A stretch of DNA of 64,000 nucleotides. It comes from Candidatus Eiseniibacteriota bacterium (GTDB taxonomy: Bacteria; Eisenbacteria; RBG-16-71-46). The stretch is from the NCBI GenBank assembly GCA_038231135.1, contig JBBRLX010000001.1, positions 1 through 64,000 of the forward strand. The letters run 5' to 3'. The translations under genes and the position numbers were made by a program. The notes under the pieces are model-generated. The model was not told the DNA's origin, did no database searches, and saw only the letters and a list, made by a program, of their open reading frames with translations. This document shows positions 48,146-56,780 of the stretch, one piece after another; within the stretch, counting starts at the first letter, position 1; the number at the start of each line of letters is the position of its first letter.

Positions 48146-51100
48146 ATGAAACTCCCAAGGGTTCACCCGTTCCTGACCACGGCGCTCGTCGCCACGCTCT
48201 TCACCTCGATCCTCGCATCCACTTCCGGGGCGCAACTGCTCCTCAACGAGAATTTCTCGTACACCCCAGGCACGAATCTCACCGCCAACGGGTGGGTTGC
48301 CCACAATGCCGGCGGCACGAACCCGATTCCCGTGGCGAACTTCGGACTCGCCTACCCTGGCTATCCCTCGTCGGGAATCGGATTCGCGGCCGGCCCCCTG
48401 GCGCCGAGCGGCGAAGACGATAACCGGACGTTCGCGCAGCAGACGACCGGGACCGTCTATCTCGCGGCGCTGGTCGCCATGAACGGCGCCCAGGCCGCAG
48501 GGGATTACTTCCTTCACCTGGCCTCGGCCCCGGTCAGTACCTCGTTCTTTGGCCGCGTCTTCGCACGAAGCAGCGGGACCGGGTATCAGCTCGGGCTAGG
48601 ATTCACGACCGAGACCCCGGTCTATGGGGCCACGGTCTATCCGTTCGGCCAACCTCAACTCGTCGTCGTCAAGTACACGTTCCTCGCCGGACTCAACAAC
48701 GACCAGGTCGCGCTGTTTGTGAATCCGACGCCGAACGCTACCGAGCCGCCGCCAACGCTCGCGACCTCGAACCCGGTCGCCGTCGACGCCTCGAATCTCG
48801 GCGGCGTGGCGCTCCGTCAGGGCTCGGCCTCCGCGTCCGCATCGCCGGTCGTGGACGGCATTCGAGTCGGCCGCACCTGGGGCGACGCCATAGGACAGAC
48901 CTGGGCCATCCTGGCCTCGGCGGGTCCTGGCGGACAGATCGCTCCTTCCGGCGGTGTCACCGTGCCCAATGGCGGGAGCGTAATGTTCAACGTCACCCCA
49001 GCCCCATCCTTCGCGATCCAGGACGTGCTGGTGGACGGCGTCTCGATCGGGCCCGCTCCGATCTACACGTTCTCCAACGTGACCGCGAACCACACCATCA
49101 GCGCCGCGTTCGTGGCCTCCTCCAACGGCGTGTCGGGGCTCGCGTTCCAGCAGCTCGAATACTCGGCTCCCGACGCCGACGTCTACCCGAATTCACGCTA
49201 CATGCGGTGCAGCTTCGACTACCTTCCCGGTCCCGATCGCCAGTTCATCAACGTCCTGGTGCGTGGCGGTGGGAATCCGTCCGGGGATTGGCTGGTGCGC
49301 AATCTCTACCTGCCGCCGACCTCGGTGGCGCCTCCGATCGAGCACCTGTCCTATGGAATCCCGCTGTGCTGCGACGGGCTCTCGGTGTTTTCGTACGAAT
49401 ACGACTACCGGATCACGTCCAACCCGATCTCGGACGCGGACGCGAATGCATGGCTGCCGGCCGCGAATTGGCAGGGTCCTCTCCAGGTCACACACACGGT
49501 GCTCGAGCGCGGGGACGCGCCCGCGGATCCCGCCGCGGTGGGCGTGACTCCCGAATTGTGGAGCTGGTTCCTTGCCTTCAATCCTCCGTTGCTCTCGGAC
49601 ACCCTGGCCTATATCGGTTGCAACATGCCGAACGTCGACCTGGACGACTCGACGCACGCCGGCGACCTCAATGGATGCGTGCCCGCTTCGTGCGCCAACA
49701 GCATGACGTGGCTCAAGGGGCAGCATGCCCAGATCGACCTGCCGCCCGATCTGCGCAAGACCTTCGAGCAGCTCAGCAATCTCATGAATCGGCTGGCCGG
49801 ACAGGGCGCGACCCAGGATGAGATGATCAAGGCCAAGCTCGATCTCATCGAGGCATACGGCCTCCCGATCCGCGTCGACTATCAGTCGGTCAACCTGGAG
49901 GGGAACTTCAACAGTACGAGTGGCAAGAGCCACGCCACCTGTCACGACGCGAATGCCAGCGACTGGCCGATGCTCGACTGGCTCAATTCCGAAGCGAAGG
50001 ACGGCGAGGACGTCGAATTGTTCGGAGGCTATTACTACCACGATGGCGCCGGCTGGCACCGGGCGGGCGGGCACGCGGTGGTGGTCTCGGGGGTGGGAAC
50101 CCGGGCCGGAGTCCCATGGGTCGAATACAAGGACGACGCCGACCAGAAAAAGCCCGGGGGCCAGGAGCAGCAGTCGAGCGACATCGATGTCGTGGCCGGC
50201 TTGATGCACATTCCCGGGATCGATGGATGGCTCAAGGTAGGCGGCGTGTGGCACGACTGCGTCTTCCTCGTCCAGGGTGTCGTGGCGGAGAGTTATGACG
50301 CGAGCGTCGGCTCGGTTCCGACCAACGAGAACTTCGGCGATTACTGTCAATGGATCATCCGCACGATCCGCCCCGGCGCCAAGCTGACCGTCACCTATCC
50401 CCACGGCAACCGGTGCTTCAACTCGACCGTCTGGGTGGAGGATCGCACCGTCAAGCCGCCGGTGTGGCGCAAGACGGCCACCTGGAACTTCAACAGCGAC
50501 TCCACTCGCACTTACGTCAACTCCAGCGACAGCTGCCTATCCGTAGCGGTCCACAACGACGATCACACCTACTCGGGTGGCCTCTACGTGCCGTTCGGCA
50601 TTACCGCGGCCATGCCCGCGGGGGGCGGAACGAGCTCGATCAGCAATCCCGCCGCATATGGAGGGTTCTCGCTGGGCGGCGCGGACGGGTCCGCGGGCGA
50701 GTTCGGATCCCCGGCAGGCCCGGCGGTGACCGTTGACTGCTCAGATGGCATGCTGCTGTCGCAGGTTCCGGGTCGGATGGGAGTGGGAAGCGGCGTGCTG
50801 CAGCTCACGCTGACAGATCCCACCACCAACAACCCCTATTGGGGGCACCTCGGCCTCAACCTCCACGTGCTGTCGGTCGCGAGCGCCGGCCTGCTCGACG
50901 TGGATGTTCCGTCGAATGGATTCCATGGAACGCTCCTGATCGATCACCCGGGCCTCTATACCCTCGACTTCGGCCCGACCGGCCCGCTGCCGCTCGTCTA
51001 CGCGACCACGCTGACGTGCGAGCCCGGCGTCGATTTCGACCTCGATGCGCTCGGCATTCCCTCGCTGGCGCTAACCGTCTCGGTGCCCAGGGCGGGGACG

Positions 51101-51382
51101 CCGCTCACCGCCGGCCTGTGGAATCAGGGGCCGAATCCGACGCACGACGCGCTGCGCATGAGATTCGACCTCCCGCGCCGGAGCACGGTGTCGCTCGCGC
51201 TGTTCGACGTTTCCGGCGCGCGGGTCGCGACGCTCGCATCCGGAGTGATGGAGGCCGGCAGCTACGCCAGGTCGTGGTCGATCGATCAATCGGCCGGCCG
51301 CCGGCTCTCGGCAGGACTCTACTTCTGCAAGCTGGTCACCGAGCAGGGTAGCTGGGCCACGCGGATCGTGATCGTCCGATAG
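48146..51382 (+). CDS. Large secreted multidomain protein with putative Cys protease domain and FlgD-Ig-like C-terminus
   Basis: Signal peptide; Ig-like repeat (AGPGGQIAPSG..YTFSNVTANHTISA); NGCVPASCANSMTWL, GGHAVVVSG, YKDD; PNP..FDVSGARV..AGLYF. Confidence 0.75.
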   Translation: MKLPRVHPFLTTALVATLFTSILASTSGAQLLLNENFSYTPGTNLTANGWVAHNAGGTNPIPVANFGLAYPGYPSSGIGFAAGPLAPSGEDDNRTFAQQTTGTVYLAALVAMNGAQAAGDYFLHLASAPVSTSFFGRVFARSSGTGYQLGLGFTTETPVYGATVYPFGQPQLVVVKYTFLAGLNNDQVALFVNPTPNATEPPPTLATSNPVAVDASNLGGVALRQGSASASASPVVDGIRVGRTWGDAIGQTWAILASAGPGGQIAPSGGVTVPNGGSVMFNVTPAPSFAIQDVLVDGVSIGPAPIYTFSNVTANHTISAAFVASSNGVSGLAFQQLEYSAPDADVYPNSRYMRCSFDYLPGPDRQFINVLVRGGGNPSGDWLVRNLYLPPTSVAPPIEHLSYGIPLCCDGLSVFSYEYDYRITSNPISDADANAWLPAANWQGPLQVTHTVLERGDAPADPAAVGVTPELWSWFLAFNPPLLSDTLAYIGCNMPNVDLDDSTHAGDLNGCVPASCANSMTWLKGQHAQIDLPPDLRKTFEQLSNLMNRLAGQGATQDEMIKAKLDLIEAYGLPIRVDYQSVNLEGNFNSTSGKSHATCHDANASDWPMLDWLNSEAKDGEDVELFGGYYYHDGAGWHRAGGHAVVVSGVGTRAGVPWVEYKDDADQKKPGGQEQQSSDIDVVAGLMHIPGIDGWLKVGGVWHDCVFLVQGVVAESYDASVGSVPTNENFGDYCQWIIRTIRPGAKLTVTYPHGNRCFNSTVWVEDRTVKPPVWRKTATWNFNSDSTRTYVNSSDSCLSVAVHNDDHTYSGGLYVPFGITAAMPAGGGTSSISNPAAYGGFSLGGADGSAGEFGSPAGPAVTVDCSDGMLLSQVPGRMGVGSGVLQLTLTDPTTNNPYWGHLGLNLHVLSVASAGLLDVDVPSNGFHGTLLIDHPGLYTLDFGPTGPLPLVYATTLTCEPGVDFDLDALGIPSLALTVSVPRAGTPLTAGLWNQGPNPTHDALRMRFDLPRRSTVSLALFDVSGARVATLASGVMEAGSYARSWSIDQSAGRRLSAGLYFCKLVTEQGSWATRIVIVR

Positions 51383-51493
51383 CCGCGGCATTCACGAAAC
51401 TGGCTGCTCGAGGAGACTCGGGCGGCCAGTTCTCGTACGCGCGTGAACCCGGCCTCCGGCGGGACCGGGGCTGCCCCCGAACCGCACCCACCG

Positions 51494-52684
51494 TCACTTC
51501 ACGACGATCAGTCCCGACAACATTCCCATTCCGCAAGTGAACGGCAGGTTGCCGGGATCGCGCGGTGTGAAACGGACCAGCACGGTCCGCCCGACGGGAA
51601 CGTCGCGGCGAATGCCGAGGCCCGGGATCACGACGGTGCCGCCACAATTGCCGGCATGTGGGCGCGTGAACGCGAGGACGGCCGGCTGTCCCTGACGGAG
51701 CTCAACTCGCGCCGGTGTGTATCCCGAAGCCGAGATCGAGATCCGCACGGCCGCTTCGGGAACGACGGGCGCGGGACGGGCTGCGACGGGTGCGGCGGCG
51801 GCTACGTCGAACACAAACGGCACCGTGGTGACACGACCGGCACGCTGGAACTGCATCCACAGCTTGTAGCGCCCCGCGTGCGGAAAACTGGTGGCCGCGC
51901 GGATCGTCGACGGACTCGGGCCAATGAGCACCTTGCCGAGCAGCGCCGGATCGTGCACGTGCACGGCGGACGGATCCTGCGAGGGATCGAAAATCTCGCC
52001 GGTCTCGAGCGGGTGCGCGTGGATGAAGTCGCGCAGGTCCGCGCTGACGACAATAAAATGCGCCAGCGCGCCGAGGTAGAGCTGGAGGTCCGTGACGGGA
52101 TGCTCATCGGACGCGTAGGCCAGTGATGCCTCGATCAGGAGGTCCGCATTGGCGCGTGGCGCGCGGTCGAACCGGAGCGTCACCCGCACGCTGTCGACGG
52201 TGTGAACCAGTTCGGCATCCGGGGTGAGTCGGGCCGGCGCCGGCGTGGCTCCGCTCACTGCCACGTCGAACGGATCGACGCGGGTGCCCGAGCCGGGCGG
52301 CGTGTAATCCGCGAACAACCGGTACCTGCCCCCATGATTGAACGCGTGCGTCACGCTATAGGCGTCGTCGAGTCCCAGCTCCGGATGGATGTGGGCAAAC
52401 TCCGACAGATCGCGCGACACGACGATGAGGTGCATCGGGCGCTCGTGTACGAACTGGAGGAAGCGCACGGAGGTGCCGAGCGCATCCCGCACGCGGAGGC
52501 TCAGCTCCGCGGGCTCTCCGGCGCGCGGCGTCGCGGGCCGCGTCACCAACTCGGCGTGAAACGTGCGCGCTCCCGCCGCGGCGGCCGGTAGCGCCGCGCC
52601 CATCGCCAGCACGAGCGCCACGAGCGGCGCTCCCCACCGCACCCGCTCCAGGCACCGTGAGCCACCCCGCCGCACGCGGTTCAT
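51494..52684 (-). CDS. Exported His-rich metal-binding protein with C-terminal cupredoxin-like domain
   Basis: HERPMHLIVV..HIHP and YLGALAHF..HAHP duplicated units; GYTPARV..NCGG..FTCGMGM. Confidence 0.8.
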   Translation of the reverse strand: MNRVRRGGSRCLERVRWGAPLVALVLAMGAALPAAAAGARTFHAELVTRPATPRAGEPAELSLRVRDALGTSVRFLQFVHERPMHLIVVSRDLSEFAHIHPELGLDDAYSVTHAFNHGGRYRLFADYTPPGSGTRVDPFDVAVSGATPAPARLTPDAELVHTVDSVRVTLRFDRAPRANADLLIEASLAYASDEHPVTDLQLYLGALAHFIVVSADLRDFIHAHPLETGEIFDPSQDPSAVHVHDPALLGKVLIGPSPSTIRAATSFPHAGRYKLWMQFQRAGRVTTVPFVFDVAAAAPVAARPAPVVPEAAVRISISASGYTPARVELRQGQPAVLAFTRPHAGNCGGTVVIPGLGIRRDVPVGRTVLVRFTPRDPGNLPFTCGMGMLSGLIVVK

Positions 52685-52694
52685 CGCGGTGGGC

Positions 52695-53987
52695 TCACCG
52701 TACTACGACGAGATGCCGCGACTGCGTCCATGCGCCGGCCCGTAACTCGTAGAAGTACACGCCCGCTGCCAGCTTCGCGGTGTCGAGCGTGACGTCGTGT
52801 GCGCCGGCGGCCCGCATGCCTTCGACCAGCGTCGCCACGCGGTGACCGTTGAGGTCGTAGAGTTCGAGCCTAACCTTGCCAGCCCGCGGTAACTCGAAGC
52901 GGATCGTGCTGCGCGCCACCGCCGGATTGGGCTGATTCTGCGCCAGTGTGAGCACGTTCGCGCCGGGTGCGGCGCCACCGACGCCCGTCGTGGGAGTCCA
53001 GGCCGTCACCGGCTCCGAGATCGTGACGTGGCCGTGTGACGTGATGTCATCGGTGGCGACGACCCCGTAGTAGCTGGGACCGATGTCGTATGGGTAGACT
53101 GCGGCCCCAGTGGCGTCGACCGTGACGTAGTAGGCGTAGGTGCCCCCGGGATACTCCGGCGTGACTGCGAACCGGCCGTTGAATTCGTCAAGATCCCCGA
53201 GGCCGGCGATGTGCGCGTAGTCCTCGACGTAATATCCGAGCGGATAGTTCGCGGACACCGCGGGGCCGTACTGGGACGGCGTGAGCACGGTGCCATCGGG
53301 CAGCACCTGGCGCACGACAATGTTGCGCACGCCATAGCTGGAGCGGATCCGCGTGATGCCGCCGGTGCCGTCGGTGTTCGCATAACCGTAGGGGCCGTAG
53401 ACCGGGAAGCCGTCGAACGCGAATCCCAGCAACTGCGAATGTCGCGTCGAATCCGCGCCGTACAGACACGACGCGTTCTCGTGGTTGTGGTAGTTGCCGC
53501 CCGGCGCCGGATGCCCGAGGCAGGCGTCGAACGATGGACCCTCGACGGTGACCGCGTTCTGGTGCCAGATGTTCTGGTTGAGGTACGAGTGGGCGTCGAG
53601 CGCGTTGAAGATCGACACCCCGTTGGTCCAGACGCCAACCGTGCCCAGCGGCGTCGACGTCTTGGTGCCGGCATTCACGACCGGCGACCTGGGGAACCGC
53701 AGCAGGAAGTCCTGGTTGGTCGGCGTGTTGGGGTTCCCCGGCCACGGCCCGATGCTGTAGGAGGGAATGCTGGTGCAATTGACGTAGACCGAGGTGGCCG
53801 AGTAACGAACCGTCTGGATATTGGCCGGCAGCCCCCCGTAGCCGGTCAGGCCGGAGACGTTCCGCCGCCACACGGCCAGCTCCGGCGGGTCGGCGGCACG
53901 CGCGGCATGGCTCGCCGCCATTCCCACGGCGAGAGCCATCGTGGACACGAGCGCCCAGTGGACGGGTGAGATCCTGCGTTTGGCCAT
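52695..53987 (-). CDS. YHYH-family protein with T9SS-like C-terminal domain
   Basis: GVWTNGVSIF, GHPAPGGNYHNH, GFAFDGFPVYGP, LDEFNGR..TPEYPGGTYAYY; QNQPNP..YDLNG..GVYF. Confidence 0.88.
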   Translation of the reverse strand: MAKRRISPVHWALVSTMALAVGMAASHAARAADPPELAVWRRNVSGLTGYGGLPANIQTVRYSATSVYVNCTSIPSYSIGPWPGNPNTPTNQDFLLRFPRSPVVNAGTKTSTPLGTVGVWTNGVSIFNALDAHSYLNQNIWHQNAVTVEGPSFDACLGHPAPGGNYHNHENASCLYGADSTRHSQLLGFAFDGFPVYGPYGYANTDGTGGITRIRSSYGVRNIVVRQVLPDGTVLTPSQYGPAVSANYPLGYYVEDYAHIAGLGDLDEFNGRFAVTPEYPGGTYAYYVTVDATGAAVYPYDIGPSYYGVVATDDITSHGHVTISEPVTAWTPTTGVGGAAPGANVLTLAQNQPNPAVARSTIRFELPRAGKVRLELYDLNGHRVATLVEGMRAAGAHDVTLDTAKLAAGVYFYELRAGAWTQSRHLVVVR

Positions 53988-54132
53988 GATTCCCTCCGGT
54001 TTCGTCGCGTTTGGATCTGGCTGTGCGCCCCGAGTGTTCGAGGTCGGGAGCGGGAGCCAGCGCGCCCGGCCGAGTCCCGCACCCGGCGTACTCGCGCCTC
54101 ATTACCTTAGGAGACCCTACACGTGAGGTGTG

Positions 54133-55236
54133 TCAGAGTTGTCGCAGAGCCTTGAAGAATCGTGACCGGGTGGGGTGGGTCTGCCGGTTCCAGCTCACGA
54201 GGTCGCGCCACGACGCGGGGCGTCCGCCCTCGGTCCACACCATGCGCGATCGGAGCAGGAATTCCTGAGCTGGAGCGCCCGGCGAAGCGATTTCGCCGAC
54301 GCCGATCTCGTTGTGGTGACGAGATTGAACCGTCATCACCTGACCGGAGGCGAGGTCACGCGACAGGAGGGTCGAGCGTCGCAATGCGGGCGCGAACCGT
54401 CGTACGAATCGAACGATGAAGAAGATGATCAGTGCGGGGGCCACCAGTCCGAGCAGGCGATGCTCGCCGGAGCGAATCCAGCCCAGAAGCAGCATGACGC
54501 CGATCGCCGAGTAGGGGATGAGCCAGAACAAGCGTCGCCAGCTTGCCCGCCACACGTGTCGGATGTATTGGCGAATCTCCTCCCGCTCGGCAGCGCTCAG
54601 CGATCGCTGGACGAGCTCCTTGTCGGGATCGGTCACGACGGCGATTCCGTGCGGAACGGGCGCGCGCATGGCATAGGTCGGAGCTGCTGCCACGGCCCGC
54701 ACTCGCACCCTCAGCGCCTGCCAACTACCGCGTCGGTCTTGATACACGACGCTGCGCGATACGGCGAGCACGGCGATGCGCTGGTCGCCTGTCCAGCCTG
54801 GCTGCAGCACGCCTGCGGTAACGAGTGCCGCAAGGTCGGCGTCGGCTCCCGGTGTCACCGAGACGGTGCCGGCGAATTCGAGAACGGTTCCATCTGTAAT
54901 GTCTGCGAGAAGCGGGGCACGCGCTCGCCACAGAGCGTGCGCACGCCAGACGAGGGCGACGATCGAAGCGAAGAACCCCAGCACGGCCACCGCGGACGCG
55001 ACGATCGAGGCCATGGGGCCGATGTCTGGTGCGCGATAGCCCTCCAGCGCAAACGGTAGCAGGACGAGGGCGGCCAGGATCCCAAGGATCCCCCACCAGC
55101 TCCGCAGCAGGCCTCGGGCGATCGCGGTGACCGCCTGACGCTCGTCCGGCATCATCGAGCGAACGCCGACATAGGGGAGCCCCGCGCACCAACGGTCGGA
55201 CTCGGCGAGAGGGTCTTCTTCGAGCGCCTGCATCAC
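54133..55236 (-). CDS. Hypothetical membrane protein (about 4 TM, internally duplicated)
   Basis: Two similar units: RSxxxxER, two TM helices, LxxDxxxGxV, LxxSRxV. Confidence 0.7.
   Translation of the reverse strand: MMQALEEDPLAESDRWCAGLPYVGVRSMMPDERQAVTAIARGLLRSWWGILGILAALVLLPFALEGYRAPDIGPMASIVASAVAVLGFFASIVALVWRAHALWRARAPLLADITDGTVLEFAGTVSVTPGADADLAALVTAGVLQPGWTGDQRIAVLAVSRSVVYQDRRGSWQALRVRVRAVAAAPTYAMRAPVPHGIAVVTDPDKELVQRSLSAAEREEIRQYIRHVWRASWRRLFWLIPYSAIGVMLLLGWIRSGEHRLLGLVAPALIIFFIVRFVRRFAPALRRSTLLSRDLASGQVMTVQSRHHNEIGVGEIASPGAPAQEFLLRSRMVWTEGGRPASWRDLVSWNRQTHPTRSRFFKALRQL
54192..54234. repeat. 43-bp direct repeat, copy 1 (inside the 3' end of CDS 54133-55236)
   Basis: AGCTCACGAGGTCGCGCCACGACGCGGGGCGTCCGCCCTCGGT; 39/43 identical to 56656-56698. 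Confidence 0.92.
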
Positions 55237-55420
55237 CCCGGTATCGGCACGGGACGGCGTTGGCTAAAGGTCGCTGCCGGCTGCACTCGGGGTTCGGATC
55301 GAACCTGGGTCGCAGATCGAGGACCGCATGGAGATCTGGCTTCGCCGCCGACCCGGCAGTGGCGCGCCGCAATCCTGGCGCATCTCGAATGGCGCGGGGT
55401 AAATCTCAGGACAACGCCGC

Positions 55421-56287
55421 CTATTCGGCGGGTACGGGTCGGAATCGTATCGCGAACGACTGGCCTTGAAGATTGACATGTACTTCGAAGTCACAGGTGT
55501 TCGCCCTGTTCAGCATACGTTGGACACCCTCGTAATAGTCTTGCTGAGCGTGCGTCACGGCGCCCGAGTACTTCTCAAGGCTGCGGTTGGGCCCCGCTTC
55601 CGTGGGCATGTCTGCAAATCGCGGAAAATAGACGTACCCATTTACAGTTTTGCCGGAGAACATCGTGTTCCTTCGCAACACGCCCTCGCTTACGCTGCTT
55701 GAAAACGTGTCGTACCAGGTGGCTGTGTTTGTCGCCGCTTGTATCGTCTGAGCCGTTGCGCGTTCGCTGAGGGCGTCGCGCTTCTCCTGCGCGTCGTTGA
55801 CCACGAATCCGTTTCCAGACTGAGAACCTGTCCCGGTGATTGTCGTGGGTGGGACTTGTTGTGCCTTGAAGGCACGAAACGCACCTGCAATAGCCGCGAA
55901 TATGAGAGCGCTCGTCTTGTCGTCCGAAATCTGAGCGAGGACATGCTGTGGGGACTCGGGCTCCAGGGAGAACGTCACGGCTTTCTTGGGATCCGTGGCC
56001 TGAATGGAGAACGTCGTTCGTGGTTCAAACAAGAATTCGCCCTGCGACCGGTTTTGGAACATGCACCACAGTCGCATGTACCTGGTTGATGAGAGGTTCG
56101 TTGATTCGAGAACCAGCCACATCGAAATACTATCGCCTTGCACGGCCGCAATGGCCTGCCCGTTCGACCACACGCACGAGACGTGCACGGTTGGAACGGG
56201 GGCAAACACGATCGTGTTAGGGTCAGCCGATACTGTGGCGCGGAGTGCCGCACACAGCATGACCGTGATGACGCCTACACGGAACAT
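55421..56287 (-). CDS. Hypothetical exported protein, visibly lower GC
   Basis: 288-aa ORF with signal-like start; LRRNT..G..VNGYVYF; more A/T-ending codons than flanking genes. Confidence 0.7.
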   Translation of the reverse strand: MFRVGVITVMLCAALRATVSADPNTIVFAPVPTVHVSCVWSNGQAIAAVQGDSISMWLVLESTNLSSTRYMRLWCMFQNRSQGEFLFEPRTTFSIQATDPKKAVTFSLEPESPQHVLAQISDDKTSALIFAAIAGAFRAFKAQQVPPTTITGTGSQSGNGFVVNDAQEKRDALSERATAQTIQAATNTATWYDTFSSSVSEGVLRRNTMFSGKTVNGYVYFPRFADMPTEAGPNRSLEKYSGAVTHAQQDYYEGVQRMLNRANTCDFEVHVNLQGQSFAIRFRPVPAE

Positions 56288-56361
56288 TACGCCCCCCTCG
56301 CAGGCATCTCGCGGAAACGAGATGCTTTACCTGGATGTATCGGCGTCCGCAGGTGCCAAAT

Positions 56362-56652
56362 CTAGTGCTGGGTTGAAGATCGGGCGTCGGTCGGGAGCAT
56401 GATGTGCAGGGTTGGGTCGTGGCTCGCCCAATCGACGCTCCAGAACGCGTCACCCTTGATCGAGCGATGGATCGCCATCCGGTCGCGATAGGTGAACTCG
56501 ATCTCGATTCTGCGCCATTGCGCCGAGTCGACGTAGTCTCCCAGTTGATGGCGGACGATCTGTTCGAGTCGATCCCGTGCACGTTCCAAAGATCCATAGC
56601 CCACTCGTGGACCCGGGCCGTTCGATCGTCCAGGGCGTGTCCGCGATGGCAT
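56362..56652 (-). CDS. Short hypothetical ORF, possibly a gene fragment
   Basis: Protein-like stretch LERARDRLEQIVRHQLGDYVDSAQWRRIEIEFTY; no clear RBS. Confidence 0.35.
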   Translation of the reverse strand: MPSRTRPGRSNGPGPRVGYGSLERARDRLEQIVRHQLGDYVDSAQWRRIEIEFTYRDRMAIHRSIKGDAFWSVDWASHDPTLHIMLPTDARSSTQH

Positions 56653-56655
56653 GAG

Positions 56656-56698
56656 AGTTCACGAGGTCGTGTTACGACGCGGGGCGTCCGCCCTCGGT
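56656..56698. repeat. 43-bp direct repeat, copy 2 (abuts the tRNA fragment)
   Basis: AGTTCACGAGGTCGTGTTACGACGCGGGGCGTCCGCCCTCGGT; four C/T differences from copy 1. Confidence 0.92.
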
Positions 56699-56744
56699 GC
56701 GCCGCGAAGGAATCGAACCTTCAACCTACTGATTAAGAGTCGGT
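56696..56744 (-). pseudogene. tRNA-Lys(CTT) 3' fragment / att-like remnant
   Basis: Minus strand ACCGA-CTCTTAA-TCAGT-AGGTT-GAAGG-TTCGATT-CCTTC-GCGGCGCACC: anticodon loop, T arm and acceptor 3' strand; no recognisable D arm. Confidence 0.85.
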
Positions 56745-56780
56745 AGCGACCGGACATGGCGCCCGGCTGGCTCGCGGACG

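Noticed and set aside
55255..55419. Integron attC site
   Set aside because: Core orientation is GTT...AAC rather than AAC...GTT, and no integron integrase is present.
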